This document shows positions 27,364-35,531 of a DNA stretch of 46,440 nt, in pieces. The stretch is from positions 1-46,440 of the IMG/VR virus record IMGVR_UViG_3300017965_000003. One strand, given 5' to 3'. Below the pieces are notes generated by a model. That model was not told the origin of the DNA, made no database searches, and saw nothing but the letters and a program-made list of their open reading frames with translations. The DNA comes from a virus (lineage: Duplodnaviria; Caudoviricetes). Within the stretch, counting starts at the first letter, position 1. Each line of letters opens with the position of its first letter. The position numbers and the translations under genes were made by a program.

Positions 27364-27686
27364 GCGACGACGACGACTCGGTGCGCAAGCTGCCGGTCGA
27401 AAAGAAGGACCCACCGAGCGGCGAGCGCATGCTCGTCGAGGTGCCTTACAACGCATGCCAGCACTGGCCCGCTCAGTTCCAGGTCGATGTGAAAGGCGGG
27501 CGGTGCCTGTGCATGCTGTGCAAGGCCGAGGTCTCACCGTGGTTCGTGCTCGAAAGCCTGATGCACGAAGAAAGTCGATGGATGCGGGAGCGGCGCGCGT
27601 ACCAGGACGAAATGCAACGGCTGGCCGAGCGCACCCGCACGAAGTGTCAGCACTGCGGGCAACTGACCCGCATATCACGGAGGTGA
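27360..27686 (+). CDS. Cys-rich (zinc-finger) hypothetical protein
   Basis: CQH, CMLC, CQHC motifs; ATGA-coupled. Confidence 0.7.
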   Translation: MSDDDDSVRKLPVEKKDPPSGERMLVEVPYNACQHWPAQFQVDVKGGRCLCMLCKAEVSPWFVLESLMHEESRWMRERRAYQDEMQRLAERTRTKCQHCGQLTRISRR

Positions 27687-27691
27687 AGAAA

Positions 27692-28084
27692 ATGAACGGC
27701 CCGAACTACCTCGACAAGCTGCTGCCGCCGAACCGACCGAGTCGCGTGCTGCTGCGTGCAGACGGCACGGCGCAGGTGCTCGACGACCCGCTGAGCATGC
27801 GCGAGCTGGCCGAGCTGATCGACGCGCAGACGGTCGACTCGGTCCTGCTGCGCCACCTCGGCCATCCGCTGCACGTGATGATCGTCGACGACCATGGATG
27901 GGAGTTCGAGACCGTCGAGGTCAAGCCAGCGCATTACGAGAACCGTCCGACGCGCGCGCTCAAGCCGATCAACGCCGCCGCGACGGTGCTGTACCACCGC
28001 AACTGCCAGCCGGGCACGACGCACGAGATCGCGGGCGACGTCGTCGTGGTGCCTGACTCGGACTTTGGTGGGGTCGGCGAATGA
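27692..28084 (+). CDS. Hypothetical protein (DUF3846-like)
   Basis: GGAGG RBS; MIVDDHG...KPINAAAT...IAGDVVVV pattern. Confidence 0.6.
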   Translation: MNGPNYLDKLLPPNRPSRVLLRADGTAQVLDDPLSMRELAELIDAQTVDSVLLRHLGHPLHVMIVDDHGWEFETVEVKPAHYENRPTRALKPINAAATVLYHRNCQPGTTHEIAGDVVVVPDSDFGGVGE

Positions 28085-28425
28085 GCGATGACGAGGTCAC
28101 GACGATCTTCATCACCCGCGATGAAGCGCTCGTGAGTCTGACCGGCATGCACCGCAACATGCTGCAGCTCGTGCGCCGGCACGCATGGATGATCGCGGCA
28201 TGCGCGGGATGCGCGCTCGTCTGCAGCGCGATCGCGCTCGACTCGATGCTGCGATGGTGGCAGGCCGGCGGCGACACGACGTTGATGGCCGCCTGCCTGA
28301 ACATCGCGAGCGCGGCGACGTGCGCGTGGCGCGCCGGCGTCATGACGCACACCGTCGTCGAGTGGCGACGCACGCTCGCGGGCATGCGGCGCACGATCGA
28401 GTCGATCAAGCGGGGCACGGATTGA
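28081..28425 (+). CDS. Hypothetical membrane protein (2 hydrophobic segments)
   Basis: ATGA-coupled; hydrophobic stretches. Confidence 0.55.
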   Translation: MSDDEVTTIFITRDEALVSLTGMHRNMLQLVRRHAWMIAACAGCALVCSAIALDSMLRWWQAGGDTTLMAACLNIASAATCAWRAGVMTHTVVEWRRTLAGMRRTIESIKRGTD

Positions 28426-28724
28426 ACTTCGACCTCAAGCGGCCCTGCGCTAACTGCCCGTTCCGCAAGGTCGGTGCGATCGACCTGCACCCCGACCGCC
28501 TGCCGAGCATCGTCGACGGCCTGCTGCGCGACGACCGCTCGTGGTTCATCTGTCACAAGACCTCGCGCCTGCGACCCGTCGCGCGCCGGTCGCAGTGCGT
28601 CGGCTCGATGGTCTACCTGCTCAAGCTCGACGCGCCGAGCGTATCGATGCGCATGGCGGCCGCGCTCGGCATGCTGGACTACGGCGCGTTGCGCGCGCTG
28701 CACTCGGAGGTGATAGACCCATGA
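28422..28724 (+). CDS. Cys-rich hypothetical protein (PCxxCPFR...FICHK...CVG)
   Basis: TTG start overlapping upstream TGA; metal-binding pattern common in phage small proteins. Confidence 0.65.
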   Translation: MNFDLKRPCANCPFRKVGAIDLHPDRLPSIVDGLLRDDRSWFICHKTSRLRPVARRSQCVGSMVYLLKLDAPSVSMRMAAALGMLDYGALRALHSEVIDP

Positions 28725-28918
28725 AGCGACGTGACGTGGCCGTGCCGTACGCGCCCATCGTGTTTCCCCGCGCCGATCCGAAAGCGCTCGCGCGCTTCGA
28801 CCCGGACACCAAGCTGTGCGTGATGAACTGCGGCCCGCACCGCGACGATCCGCGCGATCGGAAAGAGCGCAAGTACCTGTGTCACGACTGCTGGCCCGTG
28901 AAGAAAGACGAGACATGA
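28721..28918 (+). CDS. Small Cys-containing hypothetical protein
   Basis: ATGA-coupled; CVMNC...CHDC. Confidence 0.55.
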   Translation: MKRRDVAVPYAPIVFPRADPKALARFDPDTKLCVMNCGPHRDDPRDRKERKYLCHDCWPVKKDET

Positions 28919-29268
28919 GCGACGACAAAGACAAGACCGAGCTGCTGAAAAACCTGACGATGGAGGCCCTGGTCGTGCGCATCTTGCGCAGCCTGAACCT
29001 GACGGCCAGTCAGACCCATTCGATGCCGGGCTTCCTGCGTGGCATCGCGATCGCGCTGGCCGAGACCATCGTCGACGATATGGTCGTGCCCGAAGGCGAG
29101 GACTTCTGGAAGACGTTCACCACGATGGTCGAATCGCTCGCGCAGCAGCATCGCGAGCAGCAGCAGGTCGGCGATGCGATCGCGGCCTTGCTGGGGGTTG
29201 TCGCGCAGGAGCTGGACGACGACGCGAAGGACGAGCCCGAGCCCGACGCCGCGCCGACTGCGCACTGA
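28915..29268 (+). CDS. Hypothetical acidic helical protein
   Basis: ATGA-coupled start MSDDKDKTELL; codon usage. Confidence 0.6.
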   Translation: MSDDKDKTELLKNLTMEALVVRILRSLNLTASQTHSMPGFLRGIAIALAETIVDDMVVPEGEDFWKTFTTMVESLAQQHREQQQVGDAIAALLGVVAQELDDDAKDEPEPDAAPTAH

Positions 29269-29287
29269 CCCTCCTGCACTCCACCCC

Positions 29288-29314
29288 GAAACCGGCCTCG
29301 CGCCGGTTTTTCTT
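29288..29314 (+). terminator. Terminator preceding repeat unit R1
   Basis: AAACCGGC-CTCGC-GCCGGTTT followed by TTCTT. Confidence 0.8.
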
Positions 29315-29328
29315 CGACTGTGCATTGT

Positions 29329-29400
29329 TAACGCAAAAAGCTAGACCACAGTGCGCACGAGTTAACTTTTGGAGTTACTATCTCTTTGTCGCAAACATCA
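29329..29400 (+). promoter_or_regulatory. Repeated promoter/operator unit R1
   Basis: Operators TAACG-CAAAA-AGCTA (29329-29343) and TAACT-TTTGG-AGTTA (29363-29377); -10-like TACTAT; conserved CTCTTTGTC leader. Confidence 0.85.
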
Positions 29401-29422
29401 ACCCGCACAGAGAGAACGCACC

Positions 29423-29758
29423 ATGAACACCACGACCCTCACGACCCAGAACTACGCGAACCAGATCGGCTACTCCGATGTGTCCCCCTTCGAGATCGTG
29501 CGCCGCGTCTCGGAGAAGGTCATCGAAATCCGCCCGATGACCGCCGAGCGCGACAAGACGGTCAAGCTCGACTTTCAGGTCGGCGGCTTCATGGCGCACT
29601 GCTCCAACCAGGACGACCAGAAGTGGACCATCACCAGCGACCCGGCCGCCGAGGTCCGCCGCATCCGCCTGCACAAGGATGGCTGGTGGCGTGACTCGGG
29701 CCGCAACCGCTACCGCCTCGCCGCCGAGCCGCGCCGCTTCTACGACTTCAACTTCTGA
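29423..29758 (+). CDS. Hypothetical phage protein
   Basis: First ATG downstream of R1; GYSDVSPFEIV...GGFMAHCSNQ...RFYDFNF. Confidence 0.75.
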   Translation: MNTTTLTTQNYANQIGYSDVSPFEIVRRVSEKVIEIRPMTAERDKTVKLDFQVGGFMAHCSNQDDQKWTITSDPAAEVRRIRLHKDGWWRDSGRNRYRLAAEPRRFYDFNF

Positions 29759-29813
29759 ACCCCGACCGGCTTCGCAAGGGGCCGGCATCCCAACCACCGA
29801 CCGGAACCTCACC

Positions 29814-30008
29814 ATGAATCGCAAGCCCGCCAAGACCACCGCCGCCGACTACGTCGAAACGATGATCGCCATGAAAGCTCAGATCGACGGCGCGCGCGCC
29901 TGCGGCAAGCTGGATCGCGTCGACCAGTTGTACCTGACCCGCGATGCCTACGCGGAGCAGTTCGAAGCCGAGTTCCCCCGAGAGTTCGCCGCCTACATGG
30001 CCGACTGA
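29814..30008 (+). CDS. Small hypothetical protein
   Basis: MNRKPAKTT...; codon usage. Confidence 0.6.
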   Translation: MNRKPAKTTAADYVETMIAMKAQIDGARACGKLDRVDQLYLTRDAYAEQFEAEFPREFAAYMAD

Positions 30009-30010
30009 CC

Positions 30011-30310
30011 ATGACCAAGTCACTCGCCCGCATGCTGACCGCGACCTTCCGGCCCGAGCCGGCGCGCAGGACCGACCCGCACCGCAAGCACCGCGAGCAG
30101 GCCAAGCGGCTCGCGAAGCTGCACGGCGTCGAGATCGAGCAGCTTCGCCCTGGCTACAACGTGTGGCCGCCGAGGGGGTACCCCTACGCGGACCCGTGCG
30201 AGGGCGACCACTACTGCCACGACTGGGAGGAAGTCCTCGGCGCGGTGCGCTGCTACACCGACGTGCTGGAGGGGGTCCCGAGCGAGGCGAGCCGGGTCGA
30301 CCCCGCGTAG
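30011..30310 (+). CDS. Small hypothetical protein
   Basis: Starts 2 nt after the upstream stop; codon usage. Confidence 0.65.
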   Translation: MTKSLARMLTATFRPEPARRTDPHRKHREQAKRLAKLHGVEIEQLRPGYNVWPPRGYPYADPCEGDHYCHDWEEVLGAVRCYTDVLEGVPSEASRVDPA

Positions 30311-30338
30311 CACGCGACCTGCCTTCCAACCTCCCACG

Positions 30339-30363
30339 CGCCGGCACTTTGCCGGCGTCTTTG
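30339..30363 (+). terminator. Hairpin/terminator preceding R2
   Basis: CGCCGGCA-CTT-TGCCGGCG followed by TCTTT. Confidence 0.65.
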
Positions 30364-30378
30364 CGTTGTGAGACAAAT

Positions 30379-30450
30379 TAACTAAAAAAGCTAGACTAGA
30401 GTGCGCACGAGCTAACTCTTGGAGTTACTATCTCTTTGTCCGCAACATCA
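30379..30450 (+). promoter_or_regulatory. Repeated promoter/operator unit R2
   Basis: 51/55 identical to R1 over 30386-30440 vs 29336-29390; operators TAACT-AAAAA-AGCTA and TAACT-CTTGG-AGTTA. Confidence 0.85.
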
Positions 30451-30468
30451 CTACCACGAAAGCACACC

Positions 30469-30684
30469 ATGACTACCTCCCCGACCTTCACCGTCATCAC
30501 AACCTTCGCCACGAGCTGCGGCTCGACAGACACGATGAAGAAAGTGTTTGCAAGCGCGAAAGGTGCCGAGCGCTACTGCACCGAAGAGATGAAGTGGGAA
30601 AGCACCGTTCGCGTGCAGTGCACCGAGCTGAGCATCGACGTCGAGGGGGATTTCGTGGGGGTCTCCCATACCTTCACGCGCTAG
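30469..30684 (+). CDS. Small hypothetical protein (paralogue of 31629..31835)
   Basis: First ATG after R2; TVRVQCTELSIDVEG. Confidence 0.7.
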   Translation: MTTSPTFTVITTFATSCGSTDTMKKVFASAKGAERYCTEEMKWESTVRVQCTELSIDVEGDFVGVSHTFTR

Positions 30685-30752
30685 AGGCTTCTGAGAGCGG
30701 CGCGCGCGCCGCTCCACTGAACCCTCCCGACCCACTACTCGAAAGCACAACC

Positions 30753-31268
30753 ATGACGACCCAAAAACTCACCCCCCTCGAAGCGCGCGCGATGGAAGCG
30801 GCGCGCATCAGCAGCGCAGGCAACGGCCACGACTTCGGTTTCGTCGAGGACATCATCGAGGCGATGAGCGACCTCCGACCGCAGGCTGTCGGCGGCATCG
30901 TCACCTCGCTTTCCCGCAAGCGTCTGATCTACGTCAGCGCGCCGCTCACGACCGACACGGGGACGTGGACGCAGTTCACCCTGGCCGAGGTCGAGGCAGC
31001 TCGCGAGGCGAAGGACGAGAAGCCCGCCCAGGGCATCACGGTAGACCAGTACGACGTGGCCCGCATCGCCGCCCTGGCATCCGCTGCACACGACCCGCAG
31101 ACGAACACCGAGACCGACATGCACCTGCAGCTCGCCTACGTCGCGCAGTGGCTGGCCGAGCAGGACGACGAGAACCTGCTCGAAGCCGCCCGGATCGCGA
31201 CCGGCGCAATCGAGCACATCCGCAGCGTCTACGAGCGCGAGCACGACGCCGATTTCCCGACCCTCTGA
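30753..31268 (+). CDS. Hypothetical protein with winged-helix-like N-terminus
   Basis: LTPLEARAM...QAVGGIVTSLSRKRLI pattern. Confidence 0.65.
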   Translation: MTTQKLTPLEARAMEAARISSAGNGHDFGFVEDIIEAMSDLRPQAVGGIVTSLSRKRLIYVSAPLTTDTGTWTQFTLAEVEAAREAKDEKPAQGITVDQYDVARIAALASAAHDPQTNTETDMHLQLAYVAQWLAEQDDENLLEAARIATGAIEHIRSVYEREHDADFPTL

Positions 31269-31296
31269 CCGACCCCCACGACCAGGAGAACCCACG

Positions 31297-31632
31297 ATGA
31301 ACAAGACCCGCCGCAAGGCCCTCCACCAGATCATCGAGCGCGTCAACGAACTGCGCCCGCAGCTCGACGAGCTGGCATCGCTCGCCGAGTCCTTCGAGGT
31401 GTTGAAGGACGACCTTGCGGCCCTGCGCGACGAGGAACAAGAGGGCTTCGACAACCTGTCCGAGAAGGCCCAGGAGGGCGAGCGCGGTGAGGGCATGGCG
31501 GCCGTGATCGAGCACATGACGGCCGCGCTCGACGCCATCGAGAACGTGTCTGACTCCCTCAACGGCCTCGACTTCGATCCCGACAACGTCGTCGAAGAGT
31601 TGGACAACGCATGCGGGGACTCCGAGCTGTGA
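31297..31632 (+). CDS. Acidic coiled-coil phage protein
   Basis: AGGAG RBS; MNKTRRKAL...EEQEGFDNL...ERGE, a common small phage family. Confidence 0.8.
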   Translation: MNKTRRKALHQIIERVNELRPQLDELASLAESFEVLKDDLAALRDEEQEGFDNLSEKAQEGERGEGMAAVIEHMTAALDAIENVSDSLNGLDFDPDNVVEELDNACGDSEL

Positions 31633-31835
31633 ATCGCAACCGACCCTGGGACGGCCAGATGTACTCCGTCACGACGACCTTCCTGAACCTCGACGGCCAG
31701 CCCGAGCAGGTCTACCACCGACTGTTCCATGTGAACCAAGCGCTGGCCTACGTGGCTGCCGAGACGACCTGGGCGCGCACGGTGCGCGTGGTCTGCCCCG
31801 AGCTGGCAGTCGATGTGAAGGGGCCGGCAGCCTAA
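31629..31835 (+). CDS. Small hypothetical protein (paralogue of 30469..30684)
   Basis: GTGA-coupled start (alternative ATG at 31659); TVRVVCPELAVDVKG. Confidence 0.65.
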   Translation: MNRNRPWDGQMYSVTTTFLNLDGQPEQVYHRLFHVNQALAYVAAETTWARTVRVVCPELAVDVKGPAA

Positions 31836-31863
31836 GGCCCTTCTCCCCTCCTGCACCCCCACG

Positions 31864-31892
31864 AACGCGCCGGCTTCACGCCGGCCGTTTGT
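31864..31892 (+). terminator. Hairpin/terminator preceding R3
   Basis: GCCGGC-TTCAC-GCCGGC with AACG/CGTT extension and TTTGT tail. Confidence 0.6.
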
Positions 31893-31906
31893 CGTCTGTG
31901 ATTTAT

Positions 31907-31976
31907 TGACTTAAAAAGCTAAGCCAAGCCCCCCTGTACTTAGCTTTTGGAGTTAATATCTCTTTGTCCGCAAACA
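31907..31976 (+). promoter_or_regulatory. Repeated promoter/operator unit R3
   Basis: Operators TGACT-TAAAA-AGCTA (31907-31921) and TAGCT-TTTGG-AGTTA (31941-31955); TAATAT; same spacing and leader as R1/R2 but a divergent spacer. Confidence 0.85.
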
Positions 31977-31998
31977 CAACTCCCCGAGAAGCACCACC

Positions 31999-32190
31999 AT
32001 GAAGACCTCCACGAACAACACCGCCCCGATCACCCTGGTCATCGTCCGCCACATGGATGGCCAGTACGCGATCTGGAACACCTCGCACAAGCCGGTGGTC
32101 GCGCAGACCTTCAGCAACCGGCACGCCGCCCGGGTGCTGGCCTCGCGGATGAACGCAGGCCGCGTGATTCTCCACACCCGTTCGCTGTAA
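31999..32190 (+). CDS. Small hypothetical protein
   Basis: First ATG after R3. Confidence 0.65.
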   Translation: MKTSTNNTAPITLVIVRHMDGQYAIWNTSHKPVVAQTFSNRHAARVLASRMNAGRVILHTRSL

Positions 32191-32222
32191 CTCCTACCCC
32201 CTGCACCCACCGAGACCGAATC

Positions 32223-32453
32223 ATGAATATGTCCTACTGCCAGTGGCAAAACACCGCGCTCGCGCTCCAGCAGGTCGCGGCCGACTACGAGGAACGCCTC
32301 GCCGGCGAGGCCGAGGAAAAGCTCAGCCGCGACGAGGCCGCTGCCCTGGTCCGCTGCTTCCAGCTCATGCAGGACATGCTGGAAGCAGCGAACTTCGATG
32401 AAGACACGCGCGACGCCGGCGAGCAGGCCCTCGCGATGCTTTCCACCGACTGA
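32223..32453 (+). CDS. Small acidic phage protein (MSYCxxxNT family)
   Basis: MNMSYCQWQNTALAL...LSRDEAAA. Confidence 0.7.
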   Translation: MNMSYCQWQNTALALQQVAADYEERLAGEAEEKLSRDEAAALVRCFQLMQDMLEAANFDEDTRDAGEQALAMLSTD

Positions 32454-32465
32454 CCTGGACCCCCC

Positions 32466-32690
32466 ATGACCTACGACCAAACCACCGTCCGCATCCTGCT
32501 CGACAGCAAGCTCACCGCCGCGCAGAAGCAGGGCCGCATCGAAGCACTGCTCCAGCACGCGCGCCAGCAGGCCGGCGAGGAATGCCCCGAGTGCGAGAGC
32601 ACCGACGTCGAGTGGAACGGTTGCACCGGCCGCGAAGCGGGCTACCGCTGCACCGCCTGCGATTTCCACTTCGGCCCCGACAACGAATGA
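32466..32690 (+). CDS. Zinc-ribbon protein
   Basis: CPECES...YRCTACDFHF. Confidence 0.7.
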   Translation: MTYDQTTVRILLDSKLTAAQKQGRIEALLQHARQQAGEECPECESTDVEWNGCTGREAGYRCTACDFHFGPDNE

Positions 32691-32760
32691 GGTTCCTGCG
32701 AGCAGCGCGCGCGCTGCTCCACTGGACCCTTACCTGCTCCCAAACCGAGACCACCGACCC

Positions 32761-32997
32761 ATGATTGCCTACCTCGTCAACGGCGACGATTACATCCACT
32801 ACGCCACCTTGGCCGAAGCCCACGAGGCCGCCCGCTTCATGGGCGACGGCGCGAGCATCGAGCGACTGAAGATCGCCACCGACAAGGCGACCATCCTCCG
32901 CATCCTGAACTGCCAGGGCGGCTACGTCACCGCGACCCTCGCGCGCTGGGAGCTGACCGCCTCTGGCGACCTGCTCGCTGTCGCCGTCGAGGCGTGA
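32761..32997 (+). CDS. Small hypothetical protein
   Basis: Codon usage; position in the small-gene array. Confidence 0.6.
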   Translation: MIAYLVNGDDYIHYATLAEAHEAARFMGDGASIERLKIATDKATILRILNCQGGYVTATLARWELTASGDLLAVAVEA

Positions 32998-33026
32998 CTC
33001 CACGCAACCAAGAAGGACCCCGCACC

Positions 33027-33239
33027 ATGAACATCCCGACCCCCGCCAAGGTCCGCGAGGCCCGCCTCGCCGCCGGCCTGAACCAATCCGAGGCAGCCGC
33101 GCTGGTGCACTTCTGCCACCTCACGCGCTGGTCGGAGATCGAACGCGGCGTGAAGCCGATGAGCCTTCCGCGCTGGGAACTGTTCCTCATCAAGACCGGC
33201 CAGCATCCGAGCATCGCAGTCCGGGCCATCACGACATGA
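33027..33239 (+). CDS. XRE-family HTH regulator (Aca-like position)
   Basis: PTPAKVREARLAAGLNQSEAAALVH...RWSEIERG...WELFLIK; AAGGA upstream. Confidence 0.85.
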   Translation: MNIPTPAKVREARLAAGLNQSEAAALVHFCHLTRWSEIERGVKPMSLPRWELFLIKTGQHPSIAVRAITT

Positions 33240-33541
33240 GGTCGACGCACCACCTCTACCTGCTGCCGCGCGCCGAGCGTGTGGCCGCGCTGCGCAAGAT
33301 GCGTGCGGCGGTCATGGCGCGCCATGCGCCGGCCGACCTCGCGCTGCTGTACGTGAACTGGGTCGACCACGAGCGCGACCTCGCCACCGTCACCGTCGAC
33401 GAAATCCGCGACGCCCTTTTCCAACACGTGCGCGCCTGCTGCCGGCGCGCGAAGGTCGCCGCCTCGGACGTCTTCGTGCGCCCGACCGCCGGCCTGCGCC
33501 TAGTCCTTTCCCCCACCACCACCAACCCTGCTACGACATGA
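33236..33541 (+). CDS. Hypothetical protein
   Basis: ATGA-coupled on both sides. Confidence 0.55.
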   Translation: MRSTHHLYLLPRAERVAALRKMRAAVMARHAPADLALLYVNWVDHERDLATVTVDEIRDALFQHVRACCRRAKVAASDVFVRPTAGLRLVLSPTTTNPATT

Positions 33542-34047
33542 GCATTCAACTGACAGACCAGCCCGCCATCTACGTGGGCACGTACGAGAAGTACAACGAT
33601 GGGAACCTCTTCGGCGCGTGGTTCCAGCTCGATCGATTCGAGAACGCGGAAGCCTTCTGGGAGGCGGCGCGCGCGCTGCACCGCGACGAGGCCGACCCGG
33701 AACTGATGTTCCAAGACTGGCAGTCCATCCCCGAGGGCATGGTCGGCGAGTCGCACACGAGCGACGACCTCTGGCCCTGGCTCAAGCTCGACGCCGAGAC
33801 CCGGGAGATCGTCCGCGTGTACCGCAAGCGGGTCAACGCCGAAGGCAGCATCGCCGACGCGCTCGACGCGTTCAGCGGGCAGTACAAAAGCCGCGCCGCC
33901 TTCGCCGAGCGGGATTTCGAGGACCAGGGTCTGGTCGTGCCCGAGCACCTGCAGGGCTTCGTCGACTGGGATCGCATGGCACTCTCACTGGAGTCCGGCG
34001 GCGTGACCTTCGCTCTCGAGGACGGAAAGCTGTGGGTGTTTGCATGA
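33538..34047 (+). CDS. ardA: Antirestriction protein ArdA (DNA mimic)
   Basis: PAIYVGTYEKYNDGNLFGAW...DEADPELMFQDW...FSGQY...FVDWDRMA; strongly acidic. Confidence 0.93.
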   Translation: MSIQLTDQPAIYVGTYEKYNDGNLFGAWFQLDRFENAEAFWEAARALHRDEADPELMFQDWQSIPEGMVGESHTSDDLWPWLKLDAETREIVRVYRKRVNAEGSIADALDAFSGQYKSRAAFAERDFEDQGLVVPEHLQGFVDWDRMALSLESGGVTFALEDGKLWVFA

Positions 34048-34415
34048 AGGACGCTGCGAAGCTGCGGACCGCGCTGGCGCACTACACCGGGACCGTTCAC
34101 TACTATCGGCACCCGTTCAGCCGCTGCACGTACACCGACGGCGTGAAGTTTTTCGCCCAGAACGCCGGCGGCGGCGCGTACTGGCTGCTGGACATTCTCC
34201 TGACCCAGCCGGAGGTCCTGCAGGCCCAGCGCGAGCACGGCATGGTGTTCTGCTGGCTCACGGTGACCCCCGACCGTAAGGCGGTGCTCCATGTCGAGCG
34301 CGATGGCGGCGAGCCCGAGCTGTACCGGCGCGCGATCGACTGGACCGACTGCCCCGAGGGCAAGTGGCTGTTCTACTTCGTCGACGACATTCTGCTGATC
34401 CCCTCGGAGTATTGA
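34044..34415 (+). CDS. Hypothetical protein (DUF6876-like)
   Basis: LAHYTGTVHYYRH...YTDGVKFFA...AYWLLD...WTDCP...ILLIPSEY. Confidence 0.75.
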   Translation: MKDAAKLRTALAHYTGTVHYYRHPFSRCTYTDGVKFFAQNAGGGAYWLLDILLTQPEVLQAQREHGMVFCWLTVTPDRKAVLHVERDGGEPELYRRAIDWTDCPEGKWLFYFVDDILLIPSEY

Positions 34416-34418
34416 CCC

Positions 34419-34880
34419 ATGCGGCTGTTCACCATGCATCAGGCAAGGGCGGCCGCGACCGCGATCGCGATCCCGGTCGGCTTCATCTTAGTCGTGGGCG
34501 GGCTCATGAGCTGGAACGACACGACGCGCCGTGAGGCACGCGCCCGGATGACACCGGCCGAGCGCGCCGCCGGCGCGGCCGAGCGAGCTGCGCGCCGACA
34601 AGCCGAGGCGGCACGGCCCGCCGGGCGTGCAGGCCAGCGCGCGATCCTCGCCCGGCTGCGTGACCCCGACTCGTTCCAGCTCGTCGCCGCGAAGCTCGTG
34701 CCGGCCACTGGCACGATCTGCTACGAGTACCGGGCGCGCAATGGCTTCGGGGGGATGAACGTCGGCGCAGCGATCTACCACCCGTCGACCTACCTCCAGA
34801 TGCGGCAGGACACGCCGGCCGGCTTCGCCGAGGACTGGCGCGCCAAGTGCTCGGACGCCGGTATCCTGCTCGACCTGTGA
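34419..34880 (+). CDS. Membrane-anchored hypothetical protein
   Basis: N-terminal TM; LRDPDS...ICYEYRARNGFGG motif. Confidence 0.7.
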   Translation: MRLFTMHQARAAATAIAIPVGFILVVGGLMSWNDTTRREARARMTPAERAAGAAERAARRQAEAARPAGRAGQRAILARLRDPDSFQLVAAKLVPATGTICYEYRARNGFGGMNVGAAIYHPSTYLQMRQDTPAGFAEDWRAKCSDAGILLDL

Positions 34881-34894
34881 CCGGAGGGCATCCC

Positions 34895-35146
34895 ATGACC
34901 GCGATCTGCTACACGACTTCGATCGACACGATGGGCGAGGCGACCGACGCCGAAGCGCGTCGCTTCCTCGACGCGCTGCAGGCCGAACTGGAGCGCTGCT
35001 ACCCGGACGCCGACGTGGAGGTCAGACGCGACGACCGCGTCAGCTCGACGGTGGTTTGGACCTCCGGGGAGGTCGACGCGGTCGAGGTCAGTCGCGTCGC
35101 GCATCGCGTTTGGGACCGGGGTGACTTCGACCTGGACCCTCCCTAG
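34895..35146 (+). CDS. Small acidic hypothetical protein
   Basis: GGAGG RBS; last gene before the terminator. Confidence 0.7.
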   Translation: MTAICYTTSIDTMGEATDAEARRFLDALQAELERCYPDADVEVRRDDRVSSTVVWTSGEVDAVEVSRVAHRVWDRGDFDLDPP

Positions 35147-35184
35147 ACCCCCGATTGGGCGCGCTCGAAGCGCGTCAGGAGCAT

Positions 35185-35215
35185 TGAAAACGGCCCTCGC
35201 GGGGGCCGTTTTTCA
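35185..35215. terminator. Bidirectional Rho-independent terminator
   Basis: TGAAAACGGCCC-TCGCGG-GGGCCGTTTTTCA. Confidence 0.85.
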
Positions 35216-35531
35216 TGGCTGCGAGCAGCGCTCGCCTAGCACAGATTTCCGGGAATTCAACGACAGGTATGTGCCAGCGTGAAGTCCTTCCAGGTGCTGA
35301 GCAGGCGCGGCCACGAGACGGGCAATGGGGGGTGGGGCCTTCCGAATATCTCCGCCTTGGCCTCGTCGCGTTCGCGTGATGCCCGGCTTTCCCCAAACTA
35401 TCCCCAGAGCCGGCGCGGGATTCGCATAGCGGGGTTTGCGATCCGGTGCAAGTTGTCCCCAACGCATGCACACCCTGTGGAAAACGCAAAACCGGGGCCG
35501 CGCAAATTGGGACAAACCCCAGGTGCCCATG

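Noticed and set aside
29361-29378. CtrA box reading of the TTAA-containing operators
   Set aside because: Spacing does not fit TTAA-N7-TTAA; the palindrome TAACT-N5-AGTTA fits all six sites better
29369-31998. ORF-track starts MELLSLC (29369) and MELISLC (31947)
   Set aside because: These TTG starts lie inside the repeated operator/-10 region; downstream ATGs are more plausible
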